Shown: positions 60,500 through 64,000 of the stretch, piece after piece
Layout of the letters: each line of letters starts with the position of its first letter
How positions within the stretch are numbered: position 1 is the first letter of the stretch
Notes under the pieces: generated by a model
Told to the model about the DNA's origin: nothing
Databases searched by the model: none
What the model saw: only the letters and a program-made list of their open reading frames with translations
Source: an uncultured Chloroflexia bacterium
Lineage (GTDB): Bacteria > Chloroflexota > Limnocylindria > Limnocylindrales > CSP1-4
Direction: 5' to 3'
NCBI GenBank assembly: GCA_963713975.1
Contig: OY970218.1
Location: forward strand, 3,296,001 to 3,360,000
Length of the DNA: 64,000 nt
Made by a program: the position numbers and the translations under genes

Positions 60500-60967
60500 A
60501 TGAGCAGTCTGATGGACCTCGTCGCGGGCGACGCCCGGGACATCGTCCTCGCGCTCTCGATCGACGACGTCGCGGCGTTCGACGACACGGACCGGTTCGT
60601 CGCCCACCTGCCCCTCGGCGGCGGGCTGGACCCGACCTGGCTGGACCTGTTCAGCGAGGCGGTCCGCGCGGTGACCGGCAGGGATGAGCCCTCCGACTTC
60701 CTGGATGCACGCTCCGATCTCGACGGGTCCACGAACACCGAGCTGATCCTGGACCGCGTCGATCCGGATTGGGTCGAGGTGGTCGCGAGTCTCCCGGATG
60801 ACCAGGTCGGTGCGCTGGCCGGACACTGGATCGAGCTCCTGGAGGAGGAGCTGGGGCTGCTGCCCCGGGAAGAGAAGCCGTGGATCCGGGACCTCGCCGG
60901 CCGGATCGTGACCTTCTCGCGCGCCGCCGTGGGCGCCCGCGACATCGTCTTCGCCTGGGCCTTCTAG
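60500..60967 (+). CDS. Hypothetical acidic protein
   Basis: Strong G/C third-position bias, protein-like composition; no family recognised. Confidence 0.7.
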   Translation: MSSLMDLVAGDARDIVLALSIDDVAAFDDTDRFVAHLPLGGGLDPTWLDLFSEAVRAVTGRDEPSDFLDARSDLDGSTNTELILDRVDPDWVEVVASLPDDQVGALAGHWIELLEEELGLLPREEKPWIRDLAGRIVTFSRAAVGARDIVFAWAF

Positions 60968-61076
60968 GCGCCGCTCGCCCCGGGCCACGACCAGGCCACC
61001 GCCCCGGGCCGAACCGCCCGCTGCCGGGACGCCTCTGGCCCTGCCGCATCGGTGGACGGGCGTCCATGCTGCCCGG

Positions 61077-61733
61077 GTGACCGCTTCACCCGCTCCAGCC
61101 GGAGCCTTTCCACCGCTCGCCGAGCCTCCGCTGGCCGATGGCGGATGGGCCATGGCCGAACCCTGGCTCCGCCGCGGCTTCAAGTGCCTGAACCGCGGAT
61201 TCATGGTGCCGCTCCACCGGGCCGGCCTCGGGGCATGGCTGGGCACCCCGATCGGCGGCTACATGCTGCTGCTCCGGGTCCGCGGGCGGAAGAGCGGGCT
61301 GGTGCGGGAGACGCCGCTCAGCTACCTGGTCGCGGAAGGAGCGGCCTGGGTGCTGGCCGGCTTCGGTCCCCGCACCGAGTGGTACCGGAACCTGCTGGTC
61401 GACCCGCGAGTGGAGGTCTGGATGCCCGGTGGCCGCCACGCCGGCATCGCCGCCGAGGAGCTCGATCCGGTCGTGCGCGCCCGGATCCTCCCGGACCTCA
61501 CGAGGGCAACGGGCGCTCCCGCCCTGATGATCGGCCTCAACCCATGGTCGGCGACGGACGAGGCCATCATCGGAGCGCTCGCATGGGTACCCCTCGTGTG
61601 CATCCGACCGGACAACGGCCCGCTGGAAGCCGGTCCGGACGACCCGGGCGGGCGCGCCTGGATCTGGCGACAGGCGGCGGTCGTGGCCGGCAGCCTGCTG
61701 GCCTGCGGGGTCGTGCGCCGGCTCGTCCGCTGA
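61077..61733 (+). CDS. Deazaflavin (F420)-dependent oxidoreductase, Ddn/FDOR-A family
   Basis: LLLRVRGRKSGLVRETPL and WYRNLLVDPRVEV motifs. Confidence 0.85.
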   Translation: MTASPAPAGAFPPLAEPPLADGGWAMAEPWLRRGFKCLNRGFMVPLHRAGLGAWLGTPIGGYMLLLRVRGRKSGLVRETPLSYLVAEGAAWVLAGFGPRTEWYRNLLVDPRVEVWMPGGRHAGIAAEELDPVVRARILPDLTRATGAPALMIGLNPWSATDEAIIGALAWVPLVCIRPDNGPLEAGPDDPGGRAWIWRQAAVVAGSLLACGVVRRLVR

Positions 61734-61776
61734 TCCGGCGGCCGGGCGGATCGGCGTCACAGGGCACAATGGCGGC

Positions 61777-62379
61777 ATGACCAGCTTCGATGATCGAGCC
61801 CCCGAGTGGGACACCCCAGAGCGCACGGAGCGCGCCATCGCGATCGCGGCGGTGATCCTGGCCGCCACGCAGCCCGCCCCGGACGCCCGCGTCCTGGAGC
61901 TTGGTGCCGGGACCGGCCTCCTCGGTCTTGCCCTGGCGCCGCACGTCGGGTCCGTGGTCCTGGCCGACGCCTCAGGCGGGATGCTGGACGTGGCGGATGC
62001 CAAGATCAGGAGCGGCGGCTATGCCGGCGTGCGGACCCTGCGTCACGCGCTCACCGTGGACCCGCTGCCCGCGGAGCGGTTCGACCTCGCCGTGAGCCTG
62101 ATGGCCCTCCACCACGTCCTTGACACGGCCACCGCCATGGAGCAACTCGCCGCGATGCTCGACCCCGGCGGACGGATCGCGATGGTCGACCTCGAGGCCG
62201 AGGACGGCTCGTTCCACACGGACCCGGACGATGCCGTCCTGCACGGCTTCGAGCGTGACGATCTGCGGCGACGCGCCGAGGCGGCCGGGTTCCGGGACGT
62301 CACCTTCCAGCCCGCCTGGGACGTGGCCAAGAACGGTCGCGCCTACCCGCTGTTCCTCGTGACGGCGGTCCGGCCCTAG
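61777..62379 (+). CDS. Class I SAM-dependent methyltransferase
   Basis: VLELGAGTG, DASGGML, FDLAVSLMALHH, LDPGG. Confidence 0.9.
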   Translation: MTSFDDRAPEWDTPERTERAIAIAAVILAATQPAPDARVLELGAGTGLLGLALAPHVGSVVLADASGGMLDVADAKIRSGGYAGVRTLRHALTVDPLPAERFDLAVSLMALHHVLDTATAMEQLAAMLDPGGRIAMVDLEAEDGSFHTDPDDAVLHGFERDDLRRRAEAAGFRDVTFQPAWDVAKNGRAYPLFLVTAVRP

Positions 62380-62861
62380 CCTGCCGGGTACCCGAGAGCG
62401 GCCCACGCAGGGCCGCCGGCCTTCTCGATCAGCTCCACCAGGACGCCGTGGCAGGAACGCGGGTGGATGAAGGCCACCGGGCCCTCGGCGCCCTTGCGGG
62501 CCACGGTGTCGATCAGCTCCATCCCGTCCATCTCGAGGCGCATCAGGGTCTCGGAGACGTTGTCCACCTCGAAGCACACGTGGTGGAAGCCCTCCCCCTT
62601 GGTCGCCAGGAACCGTGCGACGCCGGTCGTGTCGTCCGTGGGCTGGACGAGCTCCACCTTGGACTCCCCGACCGCCAGGAACGCGATCGTGACGCGGTCC
62701 TGCTCGATCGGGAGGACCAGCTCGACAGGCAGGCCAAGGGTGTCGCGCCAGAACACGAGCGACTCGTCCAGGTCCCGCACGACGAGCGCGACATGGTGGA
62801 TCCTGCCCAGCTGTCGGATGTGCCCCGGCACCCTGCGGGCCTCACTCATGGGATCACTCAT
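62376..62861 (-). CDS. mce: Methylmalonyl-CoA epimerase (VOC family)
   Basis: IHHVALVV, ELVQP, GEGFHHVCFEV, FIHP...GVLVEL; adjacent to the mutase. Confidence 0.9.
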   Translation of the reverse strand: MSDPMSEARRVPGHIRQLGRIHHVALVVRDLDESLVFWRDTLGLPVELVLPIEQDRVTIAFLAVGESKVELVQPTDDTTGVARFLATKGEGFHHVCFEVDNVSETLMRLEMDGMELIDTVARKGAEGPVAFIHPRSCHGVLVELIEKAGGPAWAALGYPAG

Positions 62862-62873
62862 GGCCGGCTCCTC

Positions 62874-64000
62874 TCAGACGGTGATCAGCTCGCGATGGAC
62901 ACCCCACGCGGACCGCAGGCGGTCGGCGATCTCTCCGACGGTGGCGTAGGCAGCGACCGCCTCGATCATCGCGGGCAGCAGGTTTCCGGTGCCCTGCGCC
63001 TCCTCATCGAGCCGTCGCATGGCGGATGCCCAGGCGGCCGCGTCCCGCTCCGCCCGGACGCGGCGCAGGCTCGCCACCTGTCGCCGCTCCCCCTCCGGGT
63101 CGATGCGCAGCAGCGCGGGACGGCCACCAGGCTCGTCGTCGCGGAACCTGTTGACGCCCACGACGATCCGGTCCGCCCGCTCGATCTCGCGCTGGACGCG
63201 ATAGGCCGACTCCTGGATCTGGCGCTGCTGGAAGCCGCCCTCAATGGCGGCCAGCGTGCCACCCATGGCATCGATCTCGGCCAGGTAGGCGGTGGCCGCG
63301 GCCTCGAGCTGGTCCGTCAGCGACTCGACGAACCAGGATCCGGCCAGGGGATCCGGGGTCTCGGTCACGCCAGCCTCGTGGGCGATGATCTGCTGGGTTC
63401 GCAGCGCCAGCCGGGCGGACTCGACGGTGGGCAGCGCCAGCGCCTCGTCGCGGGAGTTGGTGTGCAGGCTCTGGGTGCCCCCGAGCACGGCGGCGAGCGC
63501 CTGGAGGGTCGTCCGGACCACGTTGTTGTCGATCGACTGGGCGGTCAGCGAGGAACCCGCGGTCTGGGTATGGAACCGGCACATCATCGACTTGGGGTTC
63601 CGGGCCCCAAAGCGCTCCTTCATGATCCTGGCCCACATCCGCCGGGCCGCCCGGAACTTGGCGACCTCCTCGAACAGCTCGGACCAGGCCGCGAAGAAGA
63701 ACGAGAGGCGCGGGGCGATGTCGTCCACCGCGAGCCCTCGGCCCAGGGCAGCCTCGACGTAGGCGATCCCGTCGGCCAGCGTGAACGCCAGCTCCTGGGC
63801 CGCCGTGGCCCCTGCCTCACGCATGTGGTAGCCGGAGATGCTGATGGTGTTCCACCGCGGGAGCTCGCGCGACGCGAACTCGAAGACGTCGGTGACCAGG
63901 CGCATGGACGCCCTCGGCGGATAGATCCATGTCCCCCGGGCGATGTACTCCTTGAGGATGTCGTTCTGGGTCGTGCCCGAGACCAGGCTGCGGGTGACGC
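62874..64000 (-). CDS. Methylmalonyl-CoA mutase, catalytic (N-terminal domain) subunit; 5' end outside the window
   Basis: [49 protein letters not shown]. No C-terminal B12-binding domain, so a split-type mutase. Confidence 0.93.
   Translation of the reverse strand, partial: VTRSLVSGTTQNDILKEYIARGTWIYPPRASMRLVTDVFEFASRELPRWNTISISGYHMREAGATAAQELAFTLADGIAYVEAALGRGLAVDDIAPRLSFFFAAWSELFEEVAKFRAARRMWARIMKERFGARNPKSMMCRFHTQTAGSSLTAQSIDNNVVRTTLQALAAVLGGTQSLHTNSRDEALALPTVESARLALRTQQIIAHEAGVTETPDPLAGSWFVESLTDQLEAAATAYLAEIDAMGGTLAAIEGGFQQRQIQESAYRVQREIERADRIVVGVNRFRDDEPGGRPALLRIDPEGERRQVASLRRVRAERDAAAWASAMRRLDEEAQGTGNLLPAMIEAVAAYATVGEIADRLRSAWGVHRELITV

Overview
High-GC bacterial chromosomal window of mostly core genes. 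The gene content (FtsA and Sbp in the division cluster, split GcvPA/PB, split methylmalonyl-CoA mutase, an F420-type oxidoreductase, an RNase P RNA lacking P13/P14) suggests a monoderm, probably Chloroflexota. That taxonomy is inference. Left to right: two peptide/nickel (family 5) ABC importer operons flanking a third, divergently transcribed binding protein; an ECF sigma/zinc anti-sigma pair; gcvT-H-PA-PB; a NUDIX hydrolase; a PanG-like reductase; aconitase; an MFS transporter; tRNA-Val(CAC); a dcw cluster (mraZ to ftsZ-yggS-yggU, lacking murE and murC); a complete IS21 element with a 5-bp target duplication just upstream of the mraZ promoter; a LysM protein; small hypothetical genes; rnpB; RNase HI; sdhCDAB, icd and sucCD; and the methylmalonyl-CoA epimerase and mutase. 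The most unusual items are: (1) a circularly permuted, Cys-rich family-5 solute-binding lipoprotein (6489-8288); (2) an OppF-type ATPase fused to about 4 N-terminal transmembrane helices in the neighbouring operon; (3) an unannotated ~170-nt minus-strand rod-like RNA hairpin at 50880-51051; (4) several probable leaderless genes with a -10 box exactly 6 nt before the start codon, one of them an unannotated ORF; (5) small unknown proteins in or beside the dcw cluster. Start codons were adjusted by eye from the ORF track. No database searches or folding programs were run.
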